64,000 nt of DNA from a virus: IMG/VR virus record IMGVR_UViG_3300023174_009221, one strand, 5' to 3'. Shown piece after piece: positions 18,770 to 28,733 of this stretch (its first letter is position 1; each line of letters opens with the position of its first letter). The notes below the pieces were generated by a model that saw only the letters and a program-made list of their open reading frames with translations, made no database searches and was not told where the DNA came from. A program made the translations under genes and the position numbers.

Positions 18770-19782
18770 CGATAAAAAGGATTATGATGTTAAATATGTC
18801 AGGAGATGACATTAAATTATTACAGACTAAACTAAAAGACTTTGGATTCTATACCGGCAGATTAGATGGCATTTTTGGTCAAAACCTACTTGTATCGGTC
18901 AGTAATTTTCAAAAAGAAGTTAATATAAAAGCCGATGGAATTGTGGGTAATTTGACCTGGAATCAACTCGAACTCTATGCCAAAAAAGTAATTGACTTAA
19001 ATAGACCAAAATTTGTTGAAAAAGAAAGTAATAGAGTAAAAAATGATATACCAAATAAAATTTCATATGTAGGCGAAGGCGGTCTTATTATCTATAACAA
19101 TCTACTAAGTGAAGATGAGTATTACAAAGAAGAAACTAAAAAGAATACGATTTGGTTACACCACACAGCAGGCGGATCGAGACCTGACTGGACTATTGGT
19201 GGTTGGGAAAAAGATTTTCAAAAAGATGACTCAGGAAATACAAAACTTGATGAATTAGGAAATCCCCTGCCTCTTAAAGTTGCAACACATTTTGTGATTG
19301 GTAGAAGATCTTCATCTACCGATGACACTCTATGGGATGGAAAAATCTTAAAAGCAATAGATGAAAGATATTGGGCTTATCACTTAGGAATATCAAAAAT
19401 GAGTAAGAAATTAAATTCAGAATCGGTATCGATTGAAATTTGCAATTATGGACCACTAACTTTTAGATCCGGTCAGTTTTTTAATTATGTCAACAAAGTG
19501 GTAAAAGCTGAAGATGTCATAGAATTAGAAAAACCGTTCAGGGGTTATAAATTTTGGGAAAAATACACCGATAATCAAATTGAAAGTCTGCGAAAGTTGA
19601 TAATTTATATCCAATCTGTTTGGAATATCACCATAGACAAAGGCATTTATAATGAAGAGTGGTTTGAGTATGACGAGAAGTGGTTTTCTTCTGGTGGTCT
19701 TAGAAGTCACACCCAAGTCAGAACGGATAAATTTGATGTGTTTCCTCAACCAGAACTGATTAAAATGTTAAATTCCCTTTAA
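18766..19782 (+). CDS. Endolysin: peptidoglycan-binding domain + N-acetylmuramoyl-L-alanine amidase (Amidase_2)
   Basis: DGIFG...FQ...ADGIVG.LTW; WLHHTAG, SIEICNYG, SHT..R.DKFD. Confidence 0.88.
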   Translation: MTIKRIMMLNMSGDDIKLLQTKLKDFGFYTGRLDGIFGQNLLVSVSNFQKEVNIKADGIVGNLTWNQLELYAKKVIDLNRPKFVEKESNRVKNDIPNKISYVGEGGLIIYNNLLSEDEYYKEETKKNTIWLHHTAGGSRPDWTIGGWEKDFQKDDSGNTKLDELGNPLPLKVATHFVIGRRSSSTDDTLWDGKILKAIDERYWAYHLGISKMSKKLNSESVSIEICNYGPLTFRSGQFFNYVNKVVKAEDVIELEKPFRGYKFWEKYTDNQIESLRKLIIYIQSVWNITIDKGIYNEEWFEYDEKWFSSGGLRSHTQVRTDKFDVFPQPELIKMLNSL

Positions 19783-20022
19783 GATTTGATAAACTCTAAG
19801 TTTATCATCAGATGATAAGTCATCAAAAAGAAAAGGGTAATCAAAGTCGGAATCAAATAAGTGTAGAATAATATCACCTAAATCATCATCTATTTCAATT
19901 GTTTGATAGACACCAATTGAAAGCGGAAAATCTATTAATAATTCGTCATTTTGACCACAGCATAGCTCTATGATTAAAGATTTTATCTTTCTTTTAAGCA
20001 CTTTGTCAAATAATATTTCCAC
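19768..20022 (-). CDS. Hypothetical protein (likely GTG start at 20022)
   Basis: ATATATA motif just upstream of the GTG. Confidence 0.5.
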   Translation of the reverse strand: MEILFDKVLKRKIKSLIIELCCGQNDELLIDFPLSIGVYQTIEIDDDLGDIILHLFDSDFDYPFLFDDLSSDDKLRVYQILKGI

Positions 20023-20095
20023 TCTATATATATTTTTAGAGATAAATAGCATAAATTTTAAATGTTTCTAAAAAAAGATTTTTTATATATAGACT

Positions 20096-21334
20096 ATGAA
20101 ATTAAAAAAATTTATTGATTTCTTAACCGAAAGCAAAATTGAAGAATTAGTTTTAGAGTCAAAAGTAGTTTTATCAGATAGATTTATTAATCTTCTATCA
20201 AGAATGTCTTCAAATAAAGTAGCTCAGCAGCTAATTGATGTCAATTCAAAAGACTTTGCCACTCAGCATAACTATATTGACGTAACAGACAATAAAGAAG
20301 AATTATCATTTACACCTGATAGAAAAGTTCAGGAACTAATTGGAAATAAACCAGTTGTTTATGTGGTAGGAACAAGAAGGCAATTAACGCATAGTGATAC
20401 AAACGATGCGATATTTGACATCTTAGGATACGATAGATACCAAGATATTTGGAGACCCGAAAGTGGACAAAAAGGTCTAATAAAGGCCGAAACTGTTAGT
20501 CAACAATCTAATAAAGTGTTTGTGCTTTTTGAAGAACTAACTGACAGTGAAGAAAAGAGATTGGCAGTGCTAAACAAGGATTCACTATCAGTGTTGGAAC
20601 CAAATGATTCACATATCTGGAACACTTCTCGAAATCCAATAAGAGTTGGTAGACTAGTAAGGCCCCTCTTAAGAGCCGCTGGTGTCTCTGTTACGGACCA
20701 AGAACTTGAAGAATTTGTTAACCAATGGAAAGCTACTTATGATTTTGCATCAAATGCCCTAAATCAATTTGATATTGTACAAGGTGATGATATTAAAAAG
20801 TGGTATTGGTATGAAAATTACCAAGAAGGTGGAGGGTCAATGAATAACTCTTGTATGAGCCATGTTTCCAGTGAGTTAATGGATATATATGCAAAAAATC
20901 CACAAGTTTCATTGGTAATACTTTATTCTGATAAAGGTGAAATGGTAGGGGATAAATATGTATCAAAAAAAATTAAAGGACGTGCTATTCTTTGGGATTG
21001 TACTATTTTAGGCGGTAATGAAAAATTTATGGACAGAATCTACACAGTTCAAGATTCAGATATTGAACTTTTCAAACAGTTTGCTCAAAAAAATAAATGG
21101 TACTACAAAGAGGCCCAAACAATGGAGCCAAATGAAAAAATTACCAGAGGCCAGTCACCGGTTAAAGCAGAAATAACAGCAGAACTAGACTATGTAGATT
21201 TGGATTTTTATCCATATTGTGACACATTGTGTTACTTGTACCCACGTTATAAGATAATTTCAAATGTATATGACCAAAACCGTGATGTAAGAGTGCTTAG
21301 AACAACCGATGGTGAATATTATGACGAACCTTAA
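20096..21334 (+). CDS. Jumbo-phage hypothetical protein with capsid-targeting-like leader
   Basis: MKLKKFIDFLTES; NSCM...GRAILW...FMDRIYT...YPYCDT motifs. Confidence 0.75.
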   Translation: MKLKKFIDFLTESKIEELVLESKVVLSDRFINLLSRMSSNKVAQQLIDVNSKDFATQHNYIDVTDNKEELSFTPDRKVQELIGNKPVVYVVGTRRQLTHSDTNDAIFDILGYDRYQDIWRPESGQKGLIKAETVSQQSNKVFVLFEELTDSEEKRLAVLNKDSLSVLEPNDSHIWNTSRNPIRVGRLVRPLLRAAGVSVTDQELEEFVNQWKATYDFASNALNQFDIVQGDDIKKWYWYENYQEGGGSMNNSCMSHVSSELMDIYAKNPQVSLVILYSDKGEMVGDKYVSKKIKGRAILWDCTILGGNEKFMDRIYTVQDSDIELFKQFAQKNKWYYKEAQTMEPNEKITRGQSPVKAEITAELDYVDLDFYPYCDTLCYLYPRYKIISNVYDQNRDVRVLRTTDGEYYDEP

Positions 21335-21361
21335 TTAAAAGTAAACACACGCCACCCAGAT

Positions 21362-21394
21362 AAAAAAAACCCAGTCGAAAGACTGGGTTTTTTT
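21362..21394. terminator. Bidirectional intrinsic terminator
   Basis: A8-CCCAGTC-GAAA-GACTGGG-T7 between convergent genes. Confidence 0.85.
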
Positions 21395-21409
21395 ATTACA
21401 AAGTTAAAA

Positions 21410-23272
21410 TCAATTGACTTCTTCAAAATCAGCATCTTGAACTTCATCATTTCCAGTGCTGGTATTCTGAGTAGTTTCAGATTGATTTTTTGTTTGTTGA
21501 TAAAGACGAGTGCTAATTTCAGACCAAGTTTGATTAAGTTCAGATTGAGCTGTGTCTATTTTTTCTAAATCTTTTTCAGAGAAAGCAGACTTTAGTTGGT
21601 CTAATTTCGTAGTAAGATGAGATTTATCATCTTCAGTCAGTTGCTCAGAGAACTCTTTAAGTTGTTTCTCTGTTTGGAATATTAAAGAGTCGGCCGCATT
21701 TAGCTTTTCGGCTCTTTCTTTTTCTTTAGCATCTGCCTCAGCATTTGCCTCAGCTTCCTGTTTCATTCTTTCAATTTCTTCTTTAGATAATTGTGAGTTA
21801 CCTTCAATTCTGATATTATTCTCTTTTCCGGTAGCTTTATCTTTAGCAGAAACAGAAAGAATTCCATTTGCATCGATATCGATCGTTACCTCGATTTGCG
21901 GAACACCTCTCGGCGCTGGCATAATTCCCCCTAAGTGAAATCTACCAAGAGATTTATTATCCCGAGCCATCGGTCTTTCTCCCTGAATAACATGGATTTC
22001 AACTGAAGACTGATTGTCAGACGCAGTTGAAAATGTTTCAGATTTTCGAGTAGGGATTGTGGTGTTACTTTCGATTAATTTAGTCATGACCTGTCCCATA
22101 GTTTCAATACCAATTGAAAGTGGAAGCACATCAAGTAACAAAACGTCAGTAACGTTTCCAGTCATTACACCACCCTGGATAGTTGCGCCAGTAGAAACAC
22201 AAGTATCAGGATTTAGGGATTTAGAGGGTTTTTTTCCAAAAAGTTTTTCAAGTTTTTCTTGAACAAGTGGGATTCTAGAAGACCCACCGACAAGGAGAAC
22301 TTCATTGATTTGTGAAGTTTTTAACCCAGAACTCTTCAAAGCTGATTTAGATTTGTTGATTGTTCTTTCAATGATAGGATCAATCAACTGTTCGAACTTG
22401 GACTTTGACAACTGTCTAACCAAGTGTTTTGGTATACCATCAACCGAGGTGATGTAAGGTAGATTGATATCAGCCTGTGATGAACCAGATAATTCAATTT
22501 TTGCCTTTTCAGCAGCCTCGAACAATCTTTGATGAGCCATTGGGTCTTTTCTAAGATCCATACCTTCGTCTTTCAAAAATTCTTCAGCCATCCAATTTAC
22601 TACTTCTTCGTCGATTAGGGATCCACCTAAATCTAAGTCTCCGTCTGTTGATAAGATTTCAAATACTCCATCTGCGACATCAACAATAGAAAGGTCCATT
22701 GTACACCCACCAAAATCAAAGACAGCATATTTGTTTTCGGATTTTGAATCGACATTCAAAATAGCTGCCGTTGGTTCAGCAATAACTCTTTCTACCGTAA
22801 GACCAGCAATTTCACCAGCTAATTTTGTTGCTTGTCTTTCTTCTGAGTTAAAGTGAGCAGGAACCGTGATGATGGCTCTTTTCACCTCATGCCCAAGGAA
22901 ATCTTCAGCGGTTTTTTTCATTTTCTGAATAATCATAGCTGAAATTTCTTCAGGTGAGTAGGTCTTGTCATCGATTTGTATTCCAGGTCTTCCTTTCTGG
23001 TCAACAATTTTGTAAGGTCTTTTAAGGTGTTTAACTTGCTCATAAGTTTTACCCATCAAACGCTTAATGTTAAAAATTGTTTTTTCAGGATTAATCGTTG
23101 CTTGTCTTTTAGCTGGATCCCCTACTTTGATACCATCTTTTGTAAAAGCAACATAAGAAGGTGTGGTAAGGGCACCTTCTGAATTAGGAATAATTTTTAC
23201 TTCTGTTCCCTCATAAACAGATACGGCGGAGTTGTAACTCCCAAGGTCAATACCAATAATTTTTTCGTTCAT
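21410..23272 (-). CDS. dnaK: Hsp70 chaperone DnaK
   Basis: [55 protein letters not shown]. Confidence 0.97.
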   Translation of the reverse strand: MNEKIIGIDLGSYNSAVSVYEGTEVKIIPNSEGALTTPSYVAFTKDGIKVGDPAKRQATINPEKTIFNIKRLMGKTYEQVKHLKRPYKIVDQKGRPGIQIDDKTYSPEEISAMIIQKMKKTAEDFLGHEVKRAIITVPAHFNSEERQATKLAGEIAGLTVERVIAEPTAAILNVDSKSENKYAVFDFGGCTMDLSIVDVADGVFEILSTDGDLDLGGSLIDEEVVNWMAEEFLKDEGMDLRKDPMAHQRLFEAAEKAKIELSGSSQADINLPYITSVDGIPKHLVRQLSKSKFEQLIDPIIERTINKSKSALKSSGLKTSQINEVLLVGGSSRIPLVQEKLEKLFGKKPSKSLNPDTCVSTGATIQGGVMTGNVTDVLLLDVLPLSIGIETMGQVMTKLIESNTTIPTRKSETFSTASDNQSSVEIHVIQGERPMARDNKSLGRFHLGGIMPAPRGVPQIEVTIDIDANGILSVSAKDKATGKENNIRIEGNSQLSKEEIERMKQEAEANAEADAKEKERAEKLNAADSLIFQTEKQLKEFSEQLTEDDKSHLTTKLDQLKSAFSEKDLEKIDTAQSELNQTWSEISTRLYQQTKNQSETTQNTSTGNDEVQDADFEEVN

Positions 23273-23324
23273 ATTTTTTTATTTTTTATTATGCTATTGT
23301 CAAATGACGTGCCATTAATATTTT

Positions 23325-23339
23325 ACTGACATTATGACA
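23325..23339 (-). promoter_or_regulatory. Candidate operator ACTGACA-TTA-TGACA upstream of dnaK
   Basis: Resembles the 241-255 palindrome and lies the same ~55 nt from the start codon. Confidence 0.4.
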
Positions 23340-23420
23340 GTGTTATTGACACATACTACATTTATAGTATTCTATTAAAAAAGGTTTATTCAAATTTAAT
23401 ATATAAAAATAAAAATATTT

Positions 23421-23546
23421 ATGAGATATTTAAAATTATATGAAGATTTTGAAGCTAAAGCTATTTTAGAATCGGATTTTATTATAAATACACTTAATTA
23501 TTTAAAGAAAGGAGCTTTTAAGGCTAATCCATTGGTTTTTGATTAA
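23421..23546 (+). CDS. 41-aa micro-ORF consisting largely of a capsid-targeting-like leader
   Basis: MRYLKLYEDFEAKAILESDFIINTLNYLKKGAFKANPLVFD; AATATATA at 23398. Confidence 0.5.
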   Translation: MRYLKLYEDFEAKAILESDFIINTLNYLKKGAFKANPLVFD

Positions 23547-23591
23547 AATAAAAATACTTCTTTAGATTAGAGTTTTCAAATTAAAATAATT

Positions 23592-23876
23592 ATGAAATTT
23601 TTAAAAGAATTTTCTCTTTGGAATCCAATCATTAATAAAGACGTTGTAGAATTTATTGAAAAAAATAAAACACATCTTTTACATCTTTGGGATAAAGATA
23701 AATCTGAAGAAGAAAATATGCAATTTTTAATAAACTTATTTACCGAGTATCCAGATTTAATGAATGATACAACTGATTTAAAAAAAATAACAATACCACA
23801 ATCAAAAATAGGCTTAAAAAATGCATACCCTATTCTACAAAATATAGGAGGTGTTAGAGATTTTAGGAGTTTTTAA
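23592..23876 (+). CDS. Hypothetical protein (leader-like N-terminus)
   Basis: MKFLKEFSLW; 94 aa. Confidence 0.65.
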   Translation: MKFLKEFSLWNPIINKDVVEFIEKNKTHLLHLWDKDKSEEENMQFLINLFTEYPDLMNDTTDLKKITIPQSKIGLKNAYPILQNIGGVRDFRSF

Positions 23877-23890
23877 ACCCGGTATCCGCG

Positions 23891-24337
23891 TTATGAATTA
23901 GAAGTCAATGCTGGGTAGTTCTGAATTTTTAAAATGTAGTCAACAAATTCGTAGCTGTTCTCAGCGGATACTAAAATTCCCTTATCAATAACTGCTCTAA
24001 CGTCGTCTAAAATCTGGTCTAATTCTAACTTAAATTGTCCTATTTCATTTTGTTTTATGTTATAAATCACTAAATCCTTTATTTTTTCGATATCTGTAGA
24101 ATCCATGACTGGATCAAGAACCGGGTCCCAATTTTTTGACCGAAATGTCCAGAATTTGTGAACCGGATAACCGGGGCTATCATATCCATATGGGTGAACT
24201 TCTTCGCTGAAAGTTTCACCGGTGCATTTTACTATATCCCATTTATCGAATAAATCATACAGAAAATGTGATAGTGTGATATAATCTTCATTTGCTGACA
24301 GATTCTCAAATAGTCTGAAGTTATTTATATGTCTCAT
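23891..24337 (-). CDS. Hypothetical protein with capsid-targeting-like leader
   Basis: MRHINNFRLFEN; AATATATA upstream. Confidence 0.7.
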   Translation of the reverse strand: MRHINNFRLFENLSANEDYITLSHFLYDLFDKWDIVKCTGETFSEEVHPYGYDSPGYPVHKFWTFRSKNWDPVLDPVMDSTDIEKIKDLVIYNIKQNEIGQFKLELDQILDDVRAVIDKGILVSAENSYEFVDYILKIQNYPALTSNS

Positions 24338-24361
24338 AATTTTTATATATTAATTATCTTT

Positions 24362-25126
24362 TTAAGATAAACTACCCCGAAGTAACAAAACTGGCCCTTC
24401 TGTCCAAAATTGTTTTTTATTTTCTATTCTAAAGTCCTCATCATAGTTTAACACCTTAAAGCCCCTAACTTGGGGATTAAAGATATAATTATTAATAAAA
24501 TTAAAACAATCTTCACCAGTTATTGAATCCGGACTTTTTTTCAGATCATCACCACATCTTTCAATAAACGACCTGACGTCTTTTTTTTCTAAATTGAATT
24601 TTGAAATTTTATTTAATCTATTTTGTAGTGTGTCACCACCGACTTGTATCCAGGCAGGGAATAGTCCAATAGCATCTAAAAAATGTTCAACTAAATAAAC
24701 ATCTCCACCCCAGTCATCATCATCATTTCCAAAAGATTCCCAAATAGTTCTATAGGGGCAAATTGCAATTTTTACCCCGTCGAATGGAATGACTTCATAA
24801 ATAGCATCTCCGTAAGAACCAACGGCTCCTGGTGAACCACCAATAACACATCTATCGTATCTTGGATAATCTTTCCAACTCGGAAGATTAGACATTAACT
24901 CCAAGTGTAAATTTGTATCTTCAATTGAACTTCTAAAATCACCCAGTTTTGGATCCACAAAAACAAAGTCTCCTAAGTCAGGCATACCACGAAAAAGTTC
25001 ACTTTCGACACGAGTCCAATTTTTACAATTTTCTTTTCTGATTTTATCAAATTCCGACTCAGTAATAGTTCTGGATCCAAATCTACTATAATTTTCAAAT
25101 ACTTTATATTTCTTAAGCCACTTCAT
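24362..25126 (-). CDS. Hypothetical protein with capsid leader; possible ADP-ribosyltransferase-like fold
   Basis: MKWLKKYKVFEN; LFRGM...SYG..YEVIP; the fold assignment is tentative. Confidence 0.6.
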   Translation of the reverse strand: MKWLKKYKVFENYSRFGSRTITESEFDKIRKENCKNWTRVESELFRGMPDLGDFVFVDPKLGDFRSSIEDTNLHLELMSNLPSWKDYPRYDRCVIGGSPGAVGSYGDAIYEVIPFDGVKIAICPYRTIWESFGNDDDDWGGDVYLVEHFLDAIGLFPAWIQVGGDTLQNRLNKISKFNLEKKDVRSFIERCGDDLKKSPDSITGEDCFNFINNYIFNPQVRGFKVLNYDEDFRIENKKQFWTEGPVLLLRGSLS

Positions 25127-25385
25127 CTATTAGTTCTGCCAATTTTATATCTTTTTGGGTAATAATATCACCAGCATCGTGAGTAGATAATTTAAGTATT
25201 ACTTTGTTATAAGCCCAGTTTATTTCAGGATGGTGATTTTCGGATTCACATATTTTTGCAATTTCATTTATGAATTCTAATGCTTGCTGAAAATCACTAA
25301 ATCCAAATTCCCTTTGGAGTTTTCCATTGATTTCTGACCAGGTTTGGTTTGATTCAAATAATTTATAAGGTGTTAGGTGATTCAC
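25113..25385 (-). CDS. Pterin-4a-carbinolamine dehydratase (PhhB/PCD) with capsid leader
   Basis: LQREFGFSDF..A..F, ENHHPEI, LSTHDAG..T.KD..LA; leader MNHLTPYKLFES. Confidence 0.88.
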   Translation of the reverse strand: MNHLTPYKLFESNQTWSEINGKLQREFGFSDFQQALEFINEIAKICESENHHPEINWAYNKVILKLSTHDAGDIITQKDIKLAELIDEVA

Positions 25386-25388
25386 TAA

Positions 25389-25802
25389 TTATATATTAAA
25401 AAATACAACTAAATTTACAATTTCCTGTTCACCCAACAAATCATAATCTTCTTCGTCTATTTCAACCTCGATTCTTTCAGGGTCACCAACAAAAACGACT
25501 CCACACTTGAACCATCTATCATCTAAGTAAGATTTGATTTGTAGAAGTTCATGTTTTACGTCCGATAATTTAAAATATGGACTTGAATATCCTGTTCTTT
25601 GACGCTGTATAACAAAACCAGGCATCGGCTCGGTTATTAAAAAAGATTTTGCAATTACATCATCAGCCACTCTTACCCGATATCCGTCATACTGTAGATC
25701 TAAAAATGTTTGTAAAATAAAAACCTCGTCTTCTCTAAATTGTTGAAGTTTCTGATTTGACAAATTCTCATTAAATTTTACAAATGTCCTTAAACTCTTC
25801 AT
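25389..25802 (-). CDS. Hypothetical protein with capsid leader
   Basis: MKSLRTFVKFNEN. Confidence 0.7.
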   Translation of the reverse strand: MKSLRTFVKFNENLSNQKLQQFREDEVFILQTFLDLQYDGYRVRVADDVIAKSFLITEPMPGFVIQRQRTGYSSPYFKLSDVKHELLQIKSYLDDRWFKCGVVFVGDPERIEVEIDEEDYDLLGEQEIVNLVVFFNI

Positions 25803-26575
25803 CTTTTTATTAAATTTTTATTCCAAATAACCAAACCATAGGTATCAAATTCTGGACAATAAAAACCATCTGCTCTTTGTAAAATAAAATCTCTCACCCC
25901 TTCATCATACATAGCGTAATCATCAGACAGTGCAATAATTGTCATATCATCTAACTGGAAATCATCTTCTCCACTGTATCCAGGATTATCTCTATAATGT
26001 GTGATGCAATTATCTGTTGTGCAAAAATATGAACCCCTATCAACATCATATTGATTAATATCTGATACACCCCATTCCATTTCATCTTCTTTGCTGTCAA
26101 AACTAAAATATGCTTTTTTTAAACAGTCATACATTTCGGTCTTTTTGAAATCCACCCATTTAATAAACTCTACTCTTTTGTCTGCGGCTCTAACCGTTGC
26201 CCAATGAGGAAATTCATCTAATATTTCATATTCCAAATATCCCCATTTAGAATAATCTTCTGGTGTTAGAATTAAATAATCATCTTCTGTATTCTTAGTA
26301 AATTGTTTCACCGAGAAGTCAATAATTTGTCCATCAATCATAGGAGCAATGTGAGCTTCTCTATCTGAATCAAAATAAACTATTTCGACATCTATTGATT
26401 TTGACTTAGACCAGTTATAAAATTCTTTTGTAAACCAAGAACAATTTGCCTTTTCTTTATCAAAAGGCTTACCTAATCTCAGGTCATATTGATAGGAATA
26501 TTCATCTAAGAATTGATTTGCTAAAGAATCTAAATTTTTGAATTCAAATAATTTATATGTTTTTAAGTGTCTCAT
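25799..26575 (-). CDS. Capsid-leader protein with papain/transglutaminase-like Cys-His-Asp pattern
   Basis: MRHLKTYKLFE; ANCSWF...AHIAP...IIDFSVKQF. Confidence 0.6.
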   Translation of the reverse strand: MRHLKTYKLFEFKNLDSLANQFLDEYSYQYDLRLGKPFDKEKANCSWFTKEFYNWSKSKSIDVEIVYFDSDREAHIAPMIDGQIIDFSVKQFTKNTEDDYLILTPEDYSKWGYLEYEILDEFPHWATVRAADKRVEFIKWVDFKKTEMYDCLKKAYFSFDSKEDEMEWGVSDINQYDVDRGSYFCTTDNCITHYRDNPGYSGEDDFQLDDMTIIALSDDYAMYDEGVRDFILQRADGFYCPEFDTYGLVIWNKNLIKR

Positions 26576-27384
26576 TTTACAGATTTAAGTTTCAAGTTTT
26601 TTGTCAAAGATTTCATTTTAAGATATTTATCTTCATCTTCACCGACCAAGTCTAATGTTTGTCTATTTATTTCTGCATCACCAAAATAAATTGGAATACC
26701 CCCTTTATAATAAGGATTACCATTTATCATTTCAATGGGTAATTCAACTTTTTGATTCTGAGACCAACCTACTATTTCACAGGTTTCATCTTGTATAAGT
26801 TTTTTCCAAATAGCCTCTTTTGATTCAGGTGTTTGTGTATCATCACTATAAAGCGGAATATTCAATTCTCTAACAAAACCTTTATATGTTGATATACCTA
26901 ATCTTTTAATACCTAACTTTTTTATCAGATGCCAGTTAGAACCAGTTGTGGCTACTTTGACACCATCTTCAAAATCTTTAACAACTATTGCAAAAATAGG
27001 ACTTCCTAAATTATATTTTTCAAATAAACCAGTAGCTCTACTCTCAATATCTTCTGGTAATTGATATCCTGATGGTTTGGAATCACAGAATTCTAAATTC
27101 ACCCCATTCAAGTGTGTAAAAATAATTCCTCTTCTTTCACTTTCAAATCTAAAATAAGATCCAGATAAACCACCTTCTAAATTCCACTTCTTAACTAACT
27201 TAACACCAGTTGCTGAAATTTCTGACTCATAATCACCTTCCCTAAAAGAACCTTCACAGACATCATAAACCCACAACAACATAGGAAGTACATATCCGTT
27301 TTTATCGGAATTACCTAACGATGGCCAACTTGGCATATTAATAATTTCTTCTAAGATAAATTCTGAATAATTTTTAATCTTCAT
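26572..27384 (-). CDS. Capsid-leader protein with GNAT-like C-terminal region
   Basis: MKIKNYSEFILEE; RLGISTY...LYSDDTQT...IWKKL. Confidence 0.6.
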   Translation of the reverse strand: MKIKNYSEFILEEIINMPSWPSLGNSDKNGYVLPMLLWVYDVCEGSFREGDYESEISATGVKLVKKWNLEGGLSGSYFRFESERRGIIFTHLNGVNLEFCDSKPSGYQLPEDIESRATGLFEKYNLGSPIFAIVVKDFEDGVKVATTGSNWHLIKKLGIKRLGISTYKGFVRELNIPLYSDDTQTPESKEAIWKKLIQDETCEIVGWSQNQKVELPIEMINGNPYYKGGIPIYFGDAEINRQTLDLVGEDEDKYLKMKSLTKNLKLKSVK

Positions 27385-27420
27385 AACTCTATATATAAAA
27401 AAAAGAGTTAAAAACTTATC

Positions 27421-28704
27421 TTAATTATCCTCTTCAAAATCCTGCGGTTCTCTAAAAAATAGCGTCGAGTCTTTACTCTTTAACCATGCTCTGGCTATTT
27501 CTAACCTCTTTGTCTTATCCCTTAACCACTCAACTACCATTTCATAAGGCTGACATCTTTTTAGAGACCTTTCATAGAATTCAATATCTTCATAAATATC
27601 CAATATCTCTTCTTTGGACATTGATTTAAGTTTTTGGGCTTTATCCATATTCATAACAAATCGAAAATTAGAATTTGTTTTATTACCAGAAGCGTAGTCT
27701 TTTTTAGACAAACCAGATTCAACATATTCTTGATATGTCAATTGTATTTCATCTACTTTATCTTTTAATGTCTTTTTCACAATAGAGATTATCTTTTGAA
27801 TTCTCAAATGTGTTTCTTTTTCATCTTCTGTAATTTGAGAAACTACATCATCAATTACATCATCTAAGATATATCCAATAATAATATGTTCTCTATAAAT
27901 ATCATTTGTATAAATAGAATGTAGATTTCTATACCAGTCGGTTTTAATCTTAATCATTTGACCATTTTCAAATTGAACAACCCAACCTTCTTTATCAACT
28001 TCTGATTTAGATTTTTCAATCAAATCTTCTAGTGTGCACACATCTTCGAATTGAGCAATCTTAATTGAACCAATTTTATCTAAGTGGTCTTTTATATCAA
28101 TATGTTTTCCAGTCTTATTATCCCTAAGTCGAAGAAGTATAAGTTCTTCTTTTGGGTATCTCAGAACTATACGGTTTTGAGGAGATACATATTCAAAAAT
28201 AGGGACTATATCACCATCTAAACAAAAATTCACGAATGCCCTAACATCAGGATTTGTTTTGTAAATTCTATTAATTCCATTTGCTTGGGTATTATCAAAT
28301 CCCATTTTTGATTTACCTAATATTTCACCATTAGGTAACTTTATAAATGTCGCAATTGATCCATCTTCTTTACCATTAACATATCTTATTTTATAGTCTT
28401 TAACAACAGAATACATTGAATCAGCGACCTGATTTAAGTTAAAGAACTTTTCAAGTAGCACGTATCTATTATAAAGACTACCATCTTTATTGAAGACAAA
28501 AGTAAGACCTCTCATTTCAAAACCTTTAAGTTTTGGCTGTTCGAAAATAGGTGCTTTAAAATCCGAATACTGAGCAAGTCTATAATTGAAAATAGAAACA
28601 CCAAAACCATTTACTTCAATTTTTGTTTCATAGAAAGGACTATCGACATATTGACATAATGCGACGGCCTGTTGATAAGACGGTATGTGATAACTCTTTT
28701 TCAA
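27421..28704 (-). CDS. RNA ligase (T4 Rnl1-like)
   Basis: EMRGLTF, EKFFNLNQ, motif I KEDGS, FEYVSPQNRIV, EGWVV, KIK. Confidence 0.9.
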   Translation of the reverse strand: MKKSYHIPSYQQAVALCQYVDSPFYETKIEVNGFGVSIFNYRLAQYSDFKAPIFEQPKLKGFEMRGLTFVFNKDGSLYNRYVLLEKFFNLNQVADSMYSVVKDYKIRYVNGKEDGSIATFIKLPNGEILGKSKMGFDNTQANGINRIYKTNPDVRAFVNFCLDGDIVPIFEYVSPQNRIVLRYPKEELILLRLRDNKTGKHIDIKDHLDKIGSIKIAQFEDVCTLEDLIEKSKSEVDKEGWVVQFENGQMIKIKTDWYRNLHSIYTNDIYREHIIIGYILDDVIDDVVSQITEDEKETHLRIQKIISIVKKTLKDKVDEIQLTYQEYVESGLSKKDYASGNKTNSNFRFVMNMDKAQKLKSMSKEEILDIYEDIEFYERSLKRCQPYEMVVEWLRDKTKRLEIARAWLKSKDSTLFFREPQDFEEDN

Positions 28705-28733
28705 TTTTGGGAAGATGCCAACAAATTTAGTGA

